Part shown: positions 48,213 through 58,602 of the stretch, piece after piece
Position numbering within the stretch: position 1 is the first letter of the stretch
How the letters are laid out: every line of letters starts with the position of its first letter
Made by a program: the position numbers and the translations under genes
Notes under the pieces: generated by a model
The model's input: the letters and a program-made list of their open reading frames with translations, nothing else
What the model was told of the DNA's origin: nothing
Database searches by the model: none
Assembly (NCBI GenBank): GCA_018830045.1
Contig: JAHJTF010000020.1
Span: 4,667-68,666 of the forward strand
Length of the DNA: 64,000 nucleotides
Reading direction: 5' to 3'
Source: Patescibacteria group bacterium
GTDB lineage: Bacteria > Patescibacteriota > Microgenomatia > UBA1400 > PJMF01

Positions 48213-49970
48213 ATGATGAAAGTTCTGGGTATTTCTTGTTTTTATCATGACTCAGCCGCTTGTTTAACGTTGGATGGAAACATTATTGCTGCCGCTGCTG
48301 AAGAAAGGTTCAGTAGAAAAAAGCATGATAATGGTTTTCCAAAGTTAGCGATAGAATACTGTTTACAAACAGCTGGATTGGCAATTAATGAACTAGACGC
48401 CATTGCTTTTTATGAAAAGCCCATCTGGAAATTTGAAAGAATTTTGCACCAACACCTGGAACACTTTCCTAAAAGCTATCGGGCTTTTTTTGATACCACT
48501 GGCTCTTGGATCAACCAAAAATTAAACATTAAAAAAATTCTTCAAGAAACACTAAATTACTCTGGAGAAATTATTTTTTTACCCCATCATCTATCTCATG
48601 CGGCTAGTGCCTATTATTTATCGCCTTTTGATAAATCAGTCTTAGTCACTATTGACGGAGTAGGTGAATGGGCCACCACTACTATTGGTACAGCTAGTAA
48701 AGAGCAGCTCAAAATTGATCAAGAGATTCGTTTTCCTCACTCGCTAGGATTACTTTACAGCACCCTAACAGCTTACCTTGGATTTAAAGTCAATAACGAC
48801 GAATACAAAGTCATGGGATTAGCAGCTTATGGAAACCCAGATGAATACCAACCTGCTTTTGACAAATTAATCACTGTACATAAAGACGGTAGCTATGCTC
48901 TCGATATGTCTTACTTTGATTATGCTTGGGCTCAACGCATGCCGGCAAAAAAAATGGTGGCTTTGTTTGGTCACCCCATCAGAAAACCTGAAAGCAGAAT
49001 CTATCAGTACCATCAAAACATCGCAGCCACACTTCAAAACAAATTAGAAAAAGTGATTTTTAATTTACTCCAGGCAGCTCATAACAAATACCGCACTGAT
49101 AATCTCTGTCTATCGGGAGGTGTAGCTCTTAACTCTGTTATGAATGGTCGAATCCTGTCTCAAACATCATTTAAAAAAATCTTTATTCCTCCAGACCCGG
49201 GAGATGCCGGCGGAGCTATGGGGTCTGCTTTATATGTGACTTTAAACCCAGAGGTAATTCGAGGCTATGCAAACCGACATACAAAACACCTAAAAATCAA
49301 ACATAAAAAAATAGCTAAAAACTTCACTCCTTATTTAGGACCGGGTTATGCGTGGCATCAAATTGAATCAACTTTACAAAAAAATAAAAACCGTCTCAAA
49401 TACAAATATTTCTCTGATCAAGACAAATTATTAGATTTAATCTCTGACTTAATTATTAAGAAACATGTTATTGGTTGGTTCCAGGGTAGAATGGAGTGGG
49501 GTCCTAGAGCACTGGGAAATCGTAGTATCTTGGCTACTGCTACTGATCCTAAGATGAAAGATATTTTAAATGCTAAGGTTAAACATCGAGAAATGTTCCG
49601 TCCATTTGCTCCAGTGATATTAGAAGAATACGTTCCAAATTTTTTCAAGGCAGACCAGCCTTTGCCATCAATAAGTAAATATATGTTGATGGTTTATCCA
49701 TTTACAGAAAAAGGTAAAAAGGATATCTCGTCTGTAGTACATGTTGATAATACGGGCAGGTTGCAAAGCGTGAGTAGAAAAGATAACCCTCTTTATTATT
49801 CTCTAATTGAACGTTATTACCAAAAAACCGGCGTTCCAGTAATCATCAACACTTCTTTTAATATCCGCGGCGAACCAATTGTTTGCAGCCCTCAAGATGC
49901 GATCAATTGCTTTTTAGGAACTGACATTGATTATCTAGTAATCGACCAGTTTTTTGTCAGTAAAAAGTAA
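48213..49970 (+). CDS. NodU/CmcH-family O-carbamoyltransferase
   Basis: LGISCFYHDSAA, EERFSRKKH, HHLSHAAS, DGVGE, EYKVMGLA, GRMEWGPRALGNRS, KHRE.FRPFAP, NTSFN. Confidence 0.95.
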   Translation: MMKVLGISCFYHDSAACLTLDGNIIAAAAEERFSRKKHDNGFPKLAIEYCLQTAGLAINELDAIAFYEKPIWKFERILHQHLEHFPKSYRAFFDTTGSWINQKLNIKKILQETLNYSGEIIFLPHHLSHAASAYYLSPFDKSVLVTIDGVGEWATTTIGTASKEQLKIDQEIRFPHSLGLLYSTLTAYLGFKVNNDEYKVMGLAAYGNPDEYQPAFDKLITVHKDGSYALDMSYFDYAWAQRMPAKKMVALFGHPIRKPESRIYQYHQNIAATLQNKLEKVIFNLLQAAHNKYRTDNLCLSGGVALNSVMNGRILSQTSFKKIFIPPDPGDAGGAMGSALYVTLNPEVIRGYANRHTKHLKIKHKKIAKNFTPYLGPGYAWHQIESTLQKNKNRLKYKYFSDQDKLLDLISDLIIKKHVIGWFQGRMEWGPRALGNRSILATATDPKMKDILNAKVKHREMFRPFAPVILEEYVPNFFKADQPLPSISKYMLMVYPFTEKGKKDISSVVHVDNTGRLQSVSRKDNPLYYSLIERYYQKTGVPVIINTSFNIRGEPIVCSPQDAINCFLGTDIDYLVIDQFFVSKK

Positions 49971-49984
49971 ATTAGAAAGTAAAT

Positions 49985-50128
49985 ATGCTAAAAGAACTTT
50001 TGGAGTACTTATGGAAAAATAAGGCTTGGTGGATCGCTCCACCAATTATCATTTTCACTATTTTTGGGGCTTTAATCATTTTTTCTAGTACCTCGCCAGT
50101 AAGTTCGTTTGTGTATATGATGTTTTAG
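49985..50128 (+). CDS. 47-aa DUF5989/SxtK-like membrane peptide (not in ORF track)
   Basis: MLKELLEYLWKNKAWWIAPPIIIFTIFGALIIFSSTSPVSSFVYMMF*. Confidence 0.8.
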   Translation: MLKELLEYLWKNKAWWIAPPIIIFTIFGALIIFSSTSPVSSFVYMMF

Positions 50129-50131
50129 TTA

Positions 50132-51115
50132 ATGAAACTAATTAAAAAAATTTTATTACCCGCTCTTATTTGTTTTTGTTCAATTATTTTAACGTACCGG
50201 GCGGCGTTTGCGATTGCAGAAAATTTCTTCTTTGACAAATTATTTTACAAAAAATCTGCAGTGTATGGTTATCAATCACATGATTCAAATCTGTTAAAGT
50301 ATCCAAATAACCAATTAATAGAAAAACGTATTACAGATTTACGACTTTTAACTAAAGCAGACTTAAATAAAGATCCACATGTGCTGGGAGTATCATCGGA
50401 AGATGATTATCGGATAGCAATTATCGGAGACTCATTTGTTTACGGCACTGGAGTGAAACAGGCTGAAAGGTTTCCTGAATTACTAGAAAAAAAACTCAAT
50501 AGCTATCGGAAAACTCAAGTTTTTGTTCTAGCTCAACCTGGCGATGGAATGCTGGAAAATTACGCGAAGTTTCTACTCGCCAAAGAAAATATTGATCCAG
50601 ATTTATTTATTATTGGTCTACTTCACAATGATTTATTAATTGATAATTCCAACAAATACCCTCGGCAACAAACCATCTATGAAAATTTAAAACAAGTTTG
50701 TCTTCAGCCAGAATTTAAATACTCATGGCCTAATTATCAGGCTTCTATCCAAGAGCTAATCGTCGACGGGTTTTATCCTTCATCTAAATCTGAGTACGCC
50801 AATATTTGCTATTTTGATAAAATTATAGTCGACATGACAAAGAATCCCGTACTTTTCTTTAGCTTCCACTCTAATCCCAGTAGCTATTTACCTGCTACTA
50901 ACGATGAGACTGAACAAAAATCAGACGCCATTGTGAAGCAATACAGCCAAATCATAAAAAATCACCAAGGAAAAATTGCTTACTTTGATGACCGCCTTCA
51001 ATATCAGCCAGTTTCTCACCTAGAAAATCATCCTTCAGTTAAAACCCACCAAGGTTACAGTGATTTACTAATGAAAGAAATTATTGAAAATCCACAATAT
51101 CATTTTTTACCATGA
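50132..51115 (+). CDS. SGNH/GDSL hydrolase-family protein, paralog 1
   Basis: IGDSFVYG, NDL, ENHPS; N-terminal TM. Confidence 0.8.
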   Translation: MKLIKKILLPALICFCSIILTYRAAFAIAENFFFDKLFYKKSAVYGYQSHDSNLLKYPNNQLIEKRITDLRLLTKADLNKDPHVLGVSSEDDYRIAIIGDSFVYGTGVKQAERFPELLEKKLNSYRKTQVFVLAQPGDGMLENYAKFLLAKENIDPDLFIIGLLHNDLLIDNSNKYPRQQTIYENLKQVCLQPEFKYSWPNYQASIQELIVDGFYPSSKSEYANICYFDKIIVDMTKNPVLFFSFHSNPSSYLPATNDETEQKSDAIVKQYSQIIKNHQGKIAYFDDRLQYQPVSHLENHPSVKTHQGYSDLLMKEIIENPQYHFLP

Positions 51116-52107
51116 AAAAATTTCTGAAGTTTTTTTTGATTCTCACTACATTTTTGTTAAGCACCACAGCAACATACAAAATTGCTCACTTATTAAGCGA
51201 AAGGTGCTTTTTTGACAAACTGTATTACAAAAAATCACCAGAATATGGCTATTTTCTTCATAACACTAATCCTCTACTTAGTAAAAACAGTAAAATAATT
51301 GAGTCTAGAATTGCTGATCTTAAATTACTGACAGCAATAAACGAAAATAGTCACAATAATAGGATAAAAGGCATAACTAATAACGAGTCTTTTCAAATAG
51401 CAATCATCGGTGACTCATTTGTTTACGGCACTGGAGTGAAACAGGCTGATCGCTATGCTAATCGGCTAGAAAAATTACTTAATCAAATTAAACCAACAAA
51501 AATATATGTTCTTGCTCTTCCAGGAGATAACATTTTGGAACATTATACAAAATTTAAACTTGCCCAAGAAAATATCAAGCCTGATTTATATATTATCGGA
51601 ATTGCTAATAATGATTTATTAATTAATGATTTTATTTATCCTAATCAAGAATTTCTTTACCAAAAATCAAGAGAGGAATGCTTTCTGCCTGAATTTAAAT
51701 ATAATTGGCCAGATTATGCTATTACTATAGATCAGTTAATTTTAACTGCCTATTATCCAAGTTTTGATGATCAATATGCCAATATTTGCTATCTAAAAAA
51801 AATAATAAAAGAAATAGCAACAACAAACACCCTCTTTTTTAATTTTTATAAAATAGAAAATACTAATTCAACTCAAGACCTCAGTGAGGCTGAACAGAAA
51901 GATATTCAAATCATGAAAAAATACACCGAGATAATCCAACTGGCAGGAGGTCAAATTTTTCACCTCCATAACTCTCGGGTTTCAGGTGAGTATCAACCAG
52001 TCTCATTTTTGGAAGGACACCCATCAAAAGAAACGCATGAGTGGTTTGCAAAAGCCTTGTTTAATAGAATAATTATAAATAATAATTTAGGCTTTACCCA
52101 TGACTAA
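51112..52107 (+). CDS. SGNH/GDSL hydrolase-family protein, paralog 2
   Basis: IGDSFVYG, NDL, EGHPS. Confidence 0.8.
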   Translation: MKKFLKFFLILTTFLLSTTATYKIAHLLSERCFFDKLYYKKSPEYGYFLHNTNPLLSKNSKIIESRIADLKLLTAINENSHNNRIKGITNNESFQIAIIGDSFVYGTGVKQADRYANRLEKLLNQIKPTKIYVLALPGDNILEHYTKFKLAQENIKPDLYIIGIANNDLLINDFIYPNQEFLYQKSREECFLPEFKYNWPDYAITIDQLILTAYYPSFDDQYANICYLKKIIKEIATTNTLFFNFYKIENTNSTQDLSEAEQKDIQIMKKYTEIIQLAGGQIFHLHNSRVSGEYQPVSFLEGHPSKETHEWFAKALFNRIIINNNLGFTHD

Positions 52108-53107
52108 ACTTTGGAAAATTGTCCTATTAATAAGTTTGGGGCTATTATCTGGATTACTGACCATAAAAATCAGTTATTTTTTAGCAGAAACTTATTTCTT
52201 TGACAAATTTTATTATTATAAAAGTATCGAGCATGGTTACTGGATTCCAGGACAAAAACTAACTTTAGAAAATTTTGGTGAAAGAGCTCTTGATCTGATT
52301 CAATTAGACAAAAACTTTCAAGCTACTAAAAACGGAGAGCGAATTTTAGAAATTAATGAGGATGAAGCATACACCATAGCTCTTATTGGAGATTCCTACG
52401 CTTGGGGGCAAGGAGTTAGATTTGAAGATACTATTTCTCAATTATTGGAAAAAAAGCTAAATCAATATAAAAAAACCACTGTGCTGTCATTGGGGTATTC
52501 TGGAGACTCAATTCTTGATTATTTTATAAGATATGATCAGCTGAGACAAACCTATCCGATAGATCTTTATATTTTTATGTTAGTTGAAAATGATTTATTA
52601 TTAGTTAAAGATTATGAAAAAAGGTATGAGCAGACATCGATATTCCATGATTGTCAAAGCCTCTTCCCTGAACAAAAACCTATCTACGACTTATCTAATA
52701 ATGATTATGAGCTAAGAATATTTAACGGTTCTGACATATTAGAAAAAGAATGGGCGGAAAGATTTGAGCAATCATGGTATTCAGAATTAAATTTATGCAT
52801 TTTAGACCAAAGTTTACAAGCCTTACCAACAGACAATGCCATTTTTTTTATCAGCTTATACCGTGATGAGGAAAATTCACAACCACAATGGAAAACTTAT
52901 AGAGAATACTTAAATAAAAACCAAAAAACAGTATTGCGCTCCGCCGATGCCAAAACGCTAGATGACTATAAACGTTTCTGGAAAAAACCCTCGAAATATT
53001 TTTCAGTTTCTCCAAAAGACTCCGGGCACCCTTCAAAAACTGCCCACCGCATGTTTGCTGATTTATTAGGTAGAGAAATTTTAACTAATCTTAAGTGGGG
53101 ATTTTGA
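52100..53107 (+). CDS. SGNH/GDSL hydrolase-family protein, paralog 3
   Basis: IGDSYAWG, NDL, DSGHPS. Confidence 0.8.
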   Translation: MTKLWKIVLLISLGLLSGLLTIKISYFLAETYFFDKFYYYKSIEHGYWIPGQKLTLENFGERALDLIQLDKNFQATKNGERILEINEDEAYTIALIGDSYAWGQGVRFEDTISQLLEKKLNQYKKTTVLSLGYSGDSILDYFIRYDQLRQTYPIDLYIFMLVENDLLLVKDYEKRYEQTSIFHDCQSLFPEQKPIYDLSNNDYELRIFNGSDILEKEWAERFEQSWYSELNLCILDQSLQALPTDNAIFFISLYRDEENSQPQWKTYREYLNKNQKTVLRSADAKTLDDYKRFWKKPSKYFSVSPKDSGHPSKTAHRMFADLLGREILTNLKWGF

Positions 53108-54539
53108 CTTTTAATACTAAAAAGGAAGAATTATTGAGTAGCGTTTCTGCATTATCAAAGTAAAAATTTTTATATTCAGCTGAATCTTCTTTTTCTATAA
53201 TCATTAATCCGTTAGCTGGTAAAGTCTCAGCAGAGAGAAAGTCAACTGATTGTTCCTCAATATAGGTCAAGATACCAGTATAAAACCTTAGGGTAAAAAA
53301 CTGGTGTAGTGGTTCTGTTTTTCTAGCATAGTAATTGATTTCCAGTTCATCACCACATTTTTGATCAGTGCACAAATCAACCAGCTCATTAAAATTTCTA
53401 ATCCTCTCAGTTGGGAAAAAACTACCATATCTAAGTCTATTTGCTGTTTCAAGCAGATAATAAGTGTGTGTAATAGTTATCATAACTACGCCAATCACAA
53501 AAAGAATTAAAAACCAGTTATCTTTTTTTAAAAAGCGATTATGGATTAAAACTATTATTTTCTTTAAACCGACTATTAAATAGGCAACAACAAAAGGTAG
53601 AATAATTAATAAGTAGCGACGAGCAAACCATTCTAAAATAGCAGCAAAAGATTGATAAACCAAAGCAAAAAATATGATGATTGAAATAATAAATCCAACT
53701 GAAGACTTATCTTTCTTATTAGTTAAAGTAACTAAAAAACCAACTAAAGAAAATAATAAAACAGGAATCGAAAATAATTCTACTAATGCTCGCCACCAAT
53801 TAAGAATTGAATAATTAAAATTTAAGTAGGCATGAGAGAAATTTTCTAAGGAGCTATTTCTCATATTGGTTAAAAACAACAGAAAGTCATTTGATGAATA
53901 GTAATTTATTGCCAACCACAAAAAAGGCACGATAATTAAAACTAAAATCAATACTCGCTTTATTCTAGAAGATTGAGCTGACTTATATACATACCACATG
54001 ATTAGGGGAGTTAAATACCAAGCCTCATACCTAATTCCTTGAGCTACCATAAAACTACCCACACCCCAAATGTAACGAGGTGAATCTTTTAAAATTAAAA
54101 TCAATGCTAATAAGAGAAAAAATACAAATACCTGCTCTGTAAAAGGAAAAGTACTAATTAAAAACCGATAAGGGAAAAACAGATAAATTAAGCCTGCTAA
54201 AACAGCTTCCCGAGAGTTTAAATCAAGTAATTCGCGGCAGTAGAAATAAACCAATACTACTGTGCCAGAACTAAAAAGAAGATTAACCACTCTGGGAGTT
54301 AGAGTAAAATCATCTAGAACGTGCAAAGCACCCCCCAGTAACAACGGATAAAGCGGCAGCCACAGGCCAGTGTATAGCGTATTGAGCGAGCCACTGTCTT
54401 TAAATGCTTTGGCAGTCAAAGAATGTATATAAGGATCTGTTTCGGTATACATTGGAGTCTTAAGCTGGGGTATAGCGACAATGGCTGAAAAAAGAAAAAG
54501 TAATAACGGGGTAACTAAATGGATTCGTTTTAAAATCAT
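53091..54539 (-). CDS. GT-C fold (ArnT/PMT-like) glycosyltransferase
   Basis: TETDP loop, WLPLYP, RVVN, TE, IRYE; multi-TM. Confidence 0.75.
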   Translation of the reverse strand: MILKRIHLVTPLLLFLFSAIVAIPQLKTPMYTETDPYIHSLTAKAFKDSGSLNTLYTGLWLPLYPLLLGGALHVLDDFTLTPRVVNLLFSSGTVVLVYFYCRELLDLNSREAVLAGLIYLFFPYRFLISTFPFTEQVFVFFLLLALILILKDSPRYIWGVGSFMVAQGIRYEAWYLTPLIMWYVYKSAQSSRIKRVLILVLIIVPFLWLAINYYSSNDFLLFLTNMRNSSLENFSHAYLNFNYSILNWWRALVELFSIPVLLFSLVGFLVTLTNKKDKSSVGFIISIIIFFALVYQSFAAILEWFARRYLLIILPFVVAYLIVGLKKIIVLIHNRFLKKDNWFLILFVIGVVMITITHTYYLLETANRLRYGSFFPTERIRNFNELVDLCTDQKCGDELEINYYARKTEPLHQFFTLRFYTGILTYIEEQSVDFLSAETLPANGLMIIEKEDSAEYKNFYFDNAETLLNNSSFLVLKVKIPT

Positions 54540-54544
54540 AATAA

Positions 54545-55024
54545 TTATTTTAGGTCATCTAAAAAACTTTTTAATTTCTTGACAATGCTTTGAGACTGCC
54601 CCCAAGTTATTTTCCCTGATTGATAAGACTGAACCTGATAAAATAGTTCTTTTTTATCTAAACACAGATATATTTTATTTTTTTTGGCTAATTCTTGAGC
54701 AAAATATAGTTGATGATCGCTAACATGTTCACCATATTTTTTAAGCCTAGGAATAACAATTGGTTTTTTTCCTGCCAAGAAGATGCTTTGATAAATCGTA
54801 GCTGGCCCGGCATGAGAAATCACTATTCTTGCTTTTCTTAATAAAGAAACGAACTCATTAAAATTATAGTTGGATTTTTGTACAGCGCCTGCGACTAAAA
54901 TAGTAGCAGTGCCAGATTGAATAATTACTTTTTCTTTAATTTTTTTTTGTTTAATAAGAGCATTTATTAAAAGTAACAATCTATCAAACGGCAAATGATG
55001 AGTCCCAACTGTCACAAAAATCAT
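54545..55024 (-). CDS. PssE/CpsG/Alg13-like glycosyltransferase subunit
   Basis: IFVTVGTH..PFDRL, SHAGPAT, PR...GEHVSDHQ. Confidence 0.9.
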   Translation of the reverse strand: MIFVTVGTHHLPFDRLLLLINALIKQKKIKEKVIIQSGTATILVAGAVQKSNYNFNEFVSLLRKARIVISHAGPATIYQSIFLAGKKPIVIPRLKKYGEHVSDHQLYFAQELAKKNKIYLCLDKKELFYQVQSYQSGKITWGQSQSIVKKLKSFLDDLK

Positions 55025-55470
55025 AGCGTACTCCCCCAGTATTTCGCTTTAGGGAAAAATCTTTGTTGTTGAACATTTTGAATCAAGAACAAATCGGCCA
55101 GAAGATAAACTAATCGACCGCTAAGCGATGGTTTATCAATAAAGTCTAAAGGCTCAATAAAAACCAAAGTCATACCGAAAAGTTTCCCAACTATAAAAAA
55201 AGGAGGAGCAATTCCTGCTCCCGCACTGATTAACACTTGCGGTTTTTCTTTCAGCAGGATCTTAAACGCCAACCATAAGTTATAAAAAAAATTAAGAATA
55301 TTCCGACTTTCAGGATAGTAGGCTAAGTATAGATTTTCACCTTCAAGAAGACTAATTGTGTCAGATTTATCAAAGCTAACCCAAAAATGGACTCTGTTTT
55401 CCCAACAAGACTTCAGTTGTAAAAGTTGAAATAAGTGACCCCCCGCTGACGTTACTAGCCCAATCTTCAT
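55021..55470 (-). CDS. PssD/CpsF/Alg14-like glycosyltransferase subunit
   Basis: SAGGHL.QL, KEKP..ISAGAG.A.P, FIE, SLSGR. Confidence 0.9.
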   Translation of the reverse strand: MKIGLVTSAGGHLFQLLQLKSCWENRVHFWVSFDKSDTISLLEGENLYLAYYPESRNILNFFYNLWLAFKILLKEKPQVLISAGAGIAPPFFIVGKLFGMTLVFIEPLDFIDKPSLSGRLVYLLADLFLIQNVQQQRFFPKAKYWGSTL

Positions 55471-56636
55471 GATTTAGATTGTAGTTTAAAAATTTCCCTA
55501 AGCCCATACCAAGGTTTGCCTGTCAGACGAAACCAAAGATATTTTTTAAACTCCCTAGGAATAGATCTCTCTACATCGCAACCGCTGTTGCAACCCAAAC
55601 ATGAACTTCCAAGCATCTTTTGCTTAAATTTTATGTTTTTATGATCAAATAAAATTTCACTCACGGTTTGATCAGAGCGACAATTTCCTATTTTACGTTC
55701 TGAAAAACAATAATAAACATCACCAAAACTATCCAAAGCAAACTGATCATATTGGAAAGGACAAGCGGTTGTTCTGGGTCGACCATCGCGATACATATGG
55801 AGTAAATCCTTCCAATAATAAGCTCGGAAATCTTTCCATGATTTAGGCTGACTCATCTCTTCCATAAATGATTCCAACTGTTTTTGTTCTTTTTTTCTAA
55901 AACTAACTTCCTTCTTTGTATCCAGATTATTAATATAAGTATCATGGAAGCCCACAATTTGAAATGTGCCATTTATTTGATTATCTTCATACCACTTTTT
56001 CATTTTGTTAATCTCAGGTAAATTCTGCCTCAGCACCAACGAGCCACTTCCTACCCAAAACCCATATTGTTTTGATAGTTTTTTTAATTGAAACAGAGTG
56101 GCGGTGGTTTTTTCAAAGGCATTGGGAATACGTCTAATTTTTTCATGCATCTTACCCACACCATCCAGAGAGATACTCACGCTTAGCTCAACATCATGCT
56201 TATTACAGATTTTGGCAATTTCTATCACTCGTTTGACAATTAATTCAGTCATAAAACCATGAGAAACCATTGTTAGTTTGCGCAACTTTGGCATAGAGCG
56301 AATTATCAACTCAGCCATTTGAGGTAATTGTGGATGGAGAGATACTTCTCCGCCCGTCAAGCCACAGCGTTCAATGTTGACAAACACTGGATCTTTAAAA
56401 ATCTTTTTCCAGTCCTCATATTTGAGTTCATCCTTGGGCTTCATTTTCCAAATATTACACATCACGCATCGGGAATTACAGTGATAAGTCAGTCCTATTA
56501 AAACCGCTTTTGGTGACAGTGGCCTAAAATTATGAATTACATTATAGCGATACATTCCTTGAATAATTCTACCGATTTTATAAAGCTTGCGACGAACTTT
56601 TAGCTGCATAGATGAAAACTTCTGATTTGAAATCAT
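55467..56636 (-). CDS. Radical SAM protein with SPASM/twitch domain
   Basis: CNSRCVMC, TGGE, SLDG, C..GDVYYC, C..C...C. Confidence 0.9.
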   Translation of the reverse strand: MISNQKFSSMQLKVRRKLYKIGRIIQGMYRYNVIHNFRPLSPKAVLIGLTYHCNSRCVMCNIWKMKPKDELKYEDWKKIFKDPVFVNIERCGLTGGEVSLHPQLPQMAELIIRSMPKLRKLTMVSHGFMTELIVKRVIEIAKICNKHDVELSVSISLDGVGKMHEKIRRIPNAFEKTTATLFQLKKLSKQYGFWVGSGSLVLRQNLPEINKMKKWYEDNQINGTFQIVGFHDTYINNLDTKKEVSFRKKEQKQLESFMEEMSQPKSWKDFRAYYWKDLLHMYRDGRPRTTACPFQYDQFALDSFGDVYYCFSERKIGNCRSDQTVSEILFDHKNIKFKQKMLGSSCLGCNSGCDVERSIPREFKKYLWFRLTGKPWYGLREIFKLQSKS

Positions 56637-56642
56637 ATTATC

Positions 56643-57743
56643 CTAATCTAGCAATACGCGTAACGTTTTATCAATTAAAGATTGGTTATGATACTTTAAG
56701 ACAGTTCGTCTTGCTTGCTGACCAACAGCTTGTCTTTTTTTATGATCTTGTAATAACAAGATAATTCTTTTTCCCATCGCCATGGCAGTCTGCTCGATAT
56801 AACTGTTTTTTCCATGTTCCAAGTACTCTTCCGCTCCCGGATAAGAGAGGGTTATCGGGACGACTTGTTGCGTCATGGCCTCCAGCAGTACTAAGGGATG
56901 CCCCTCAAAATCAGAGGTAAGGGTAAAAAGTTTTGCCCTGGATAACTCAGTAATTATTTTTTTAGTGGGAGGCTTGATGATTATATTATCTTTTAGACTG
57001 TGCTTCTTAATATAGTGACGAAGTTTCTTTTCTTCAGGACCTTCTCCAATTAAACAGAGCTTTATTTTAGGCAAAGTTAATTTGATTTGTTTGACTATTT
57101 CGAGAAGTTTAATCAACCTTTTTTGAGGGGCAAAACGGCCACAATAAATAAGATCATACTTTTTAGACTGTCGATATAACCGAGTGTCTTTTATCCAATT
57201 TTGGATAACCACTACCTTATTAGGATCTGTCTTGTAGTTTTTAACTAAGTCTTGTTTAGCATATTCAGTCTGAACGATGATTGTATCAACTAGCCGATAG
57301 CACCAACTAATAATTATGTTGGAGTGAGTTCTGATAGAATAAGGCAATTGATTTTCAAATGAGAGCACGTTGTCTTGGCTAACAACAACTTTAATTTTTT
57401 TCCAAAAAAATAAGTACTTCATCAGCACACAGTAGGCGGTCGCATGATGCAAAAATGGCACTAAAATTTTGGGGTTATATTCCAGGATCAAATAAATTAA
57501 AAAAATAATATAGCGAATTTTACGTTCTTTACTTGGAAAAACATTTTCAATATGCAACTGCCTAAAACCAGCTGGAAGATCTGATTCAAAACTAAAAGCC
57601 TCTGTCCGACGAACTACAATATGAGGAATAATATCATAGTAATTTTGATCGGCTTCTAAATGGTAAACTAAATCAATTATTTTGCGCTGAATACCACCCA
57701 ACCCTAAATGAAAAAAAAGGAAAAAAACATGTCTATCCTGCAT
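56643..57743 (-). CDS. GT4 glycosyltransferase
   Basis: GGIQR, GRF..QK, EGHPLVLLEAM. Confidence 0.9.
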   Translation of the reverse strand: MQDRHVFFLFFHLGLGGIQRKIIDLVYHLEADQNYYDIIPHIVVRRTEAFSFESDLPAGFRQLHIENVFPSKERKIRYIIFLIYLILEYNPKILVPFLHHATAYCVLMKYLFFWKKIKVVVSQDNVLSFENQLPYSIRTHSNIIISWCYRLVDTIIVQTEYAKQDLVKNYKTDPNKVVVIQNWIKDTRLYRQSKKYDLIYCGRFAPQKRLIKLLEIVKQIKLTLPKIKLCLIGEGPEEKKLRHYIKKHSLKDNIIIKPPTKKIITELSRAKLFTLTSDFEGHPLVLLEAMTQQVVPITLSYPGAEEYLEHGKNSYIEQTAMAMGKRIILLLQDHKKRQAVGQQARRTVLKYHNQSLIDKTLRVLLD

Positions 57744-57756
57744 ACTTAAATTTTTT

Positions 57757-58602
57757 TTACTCTGTGTAATTGATCGTCGATGACATCACCGAACCATCCC
57801 TGACATAGGTTTGACCAGAATCAGCCCAAAACGCTTCGCCAATCATAAAAGTCTGATAATGATTATAGTAACAAAGCTTGTCAACACAGAGTACATCGGG
57901 TAGTTCAAAAGTCGCTGTAATGTCTTTTTTAATTGGATCCCAGCGCAACAGCACATCTCCCCGATCATTGACCACTACTTTTTCAGCAGGAGTAATTTTA
58001 ACTTCTTTTGTTTTGAGGATAATTTCTCCCTTGCTGTTAGTGACTACAAAATTTTTGATTGCTTCCGCATGCCAAGGATCATAATCGCGATAGTGGACTT
58101 TGATCTCTGCATTAGCTCGCCGATAATCGGCGAAACGCTGTTCAGGATTTTTGTAAACATTAACCACTATACCAGTGAATGAGGTGTCATTAAATTTAAG
58201 GTTAAGTTCTTCACCTACTAAAAGAGGATTGCCGTCATACACGTAAGTTCTAGTAGTGGTATTATAAACTGCATCTAGTTTGACTACCATCTCGACGTAT
58301 AACCGTCTCCCTCCGTCCCAAACATTTTTTTCAATCTCTTGAATTTCAACTACTTTCTTGCCTACTGAATTGTAGCCCACATCGCCTACCCGAAGTTTAT
58401 TTACCTCCCAATATTCTGGAGGAAAAGAGTTTACGTTCCAATCCTGCCGTTGAAAAGTTAAGTCTATATAGATAAAGACTCTCTGCCTACGAAAGTAAAA
58501 AAGCAAAAATCCTACAATTAAAATACCGAATAAAATTAGAACCAAATCAATCAGAGTAATTTTTTTTAGGAGAGATTTTTTTAAATTTTTAAGATTGAGC
58601 AT
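57757..58602 (-). CDS. Membrane-anchored hypothetical protein (DUF4330-like)
   Basis: LID motif before the TM; two beta-rich repeats. Confidence 0.55.
   Translation of the reverse strand: MLNLKNLKKSLLKKITLIDLVLILFGILIVGFLLFYFRRQRVFIYIDLTFQRQDWNVNSFPPEYWEVNKLRVGDVGYNSVGKKVVEIQEIEKNVWDGGRRLYVEMVVKLDAVYNTTTRTYVYDGNPLLVGEELNLKFNDTSFTGIVVNVYKNPEQRFADYRRANAEIKVHYRDYDPWHAEAIKNFVVTNSKGEIILKTKEVKITPAEKVVVNDRGDVLLRWDPIKKDITATFELPDVLCVDKLCYYNHYQTFMIGEAFWADSGQTYVRDGSVMSSTINYTE

Noticed and set aside
47981-53107. Saxitoxin biosynthesis
   Set aside because: No sxtA/sxtG or other core genes; only the widespread carbamoyltransferase module is present.
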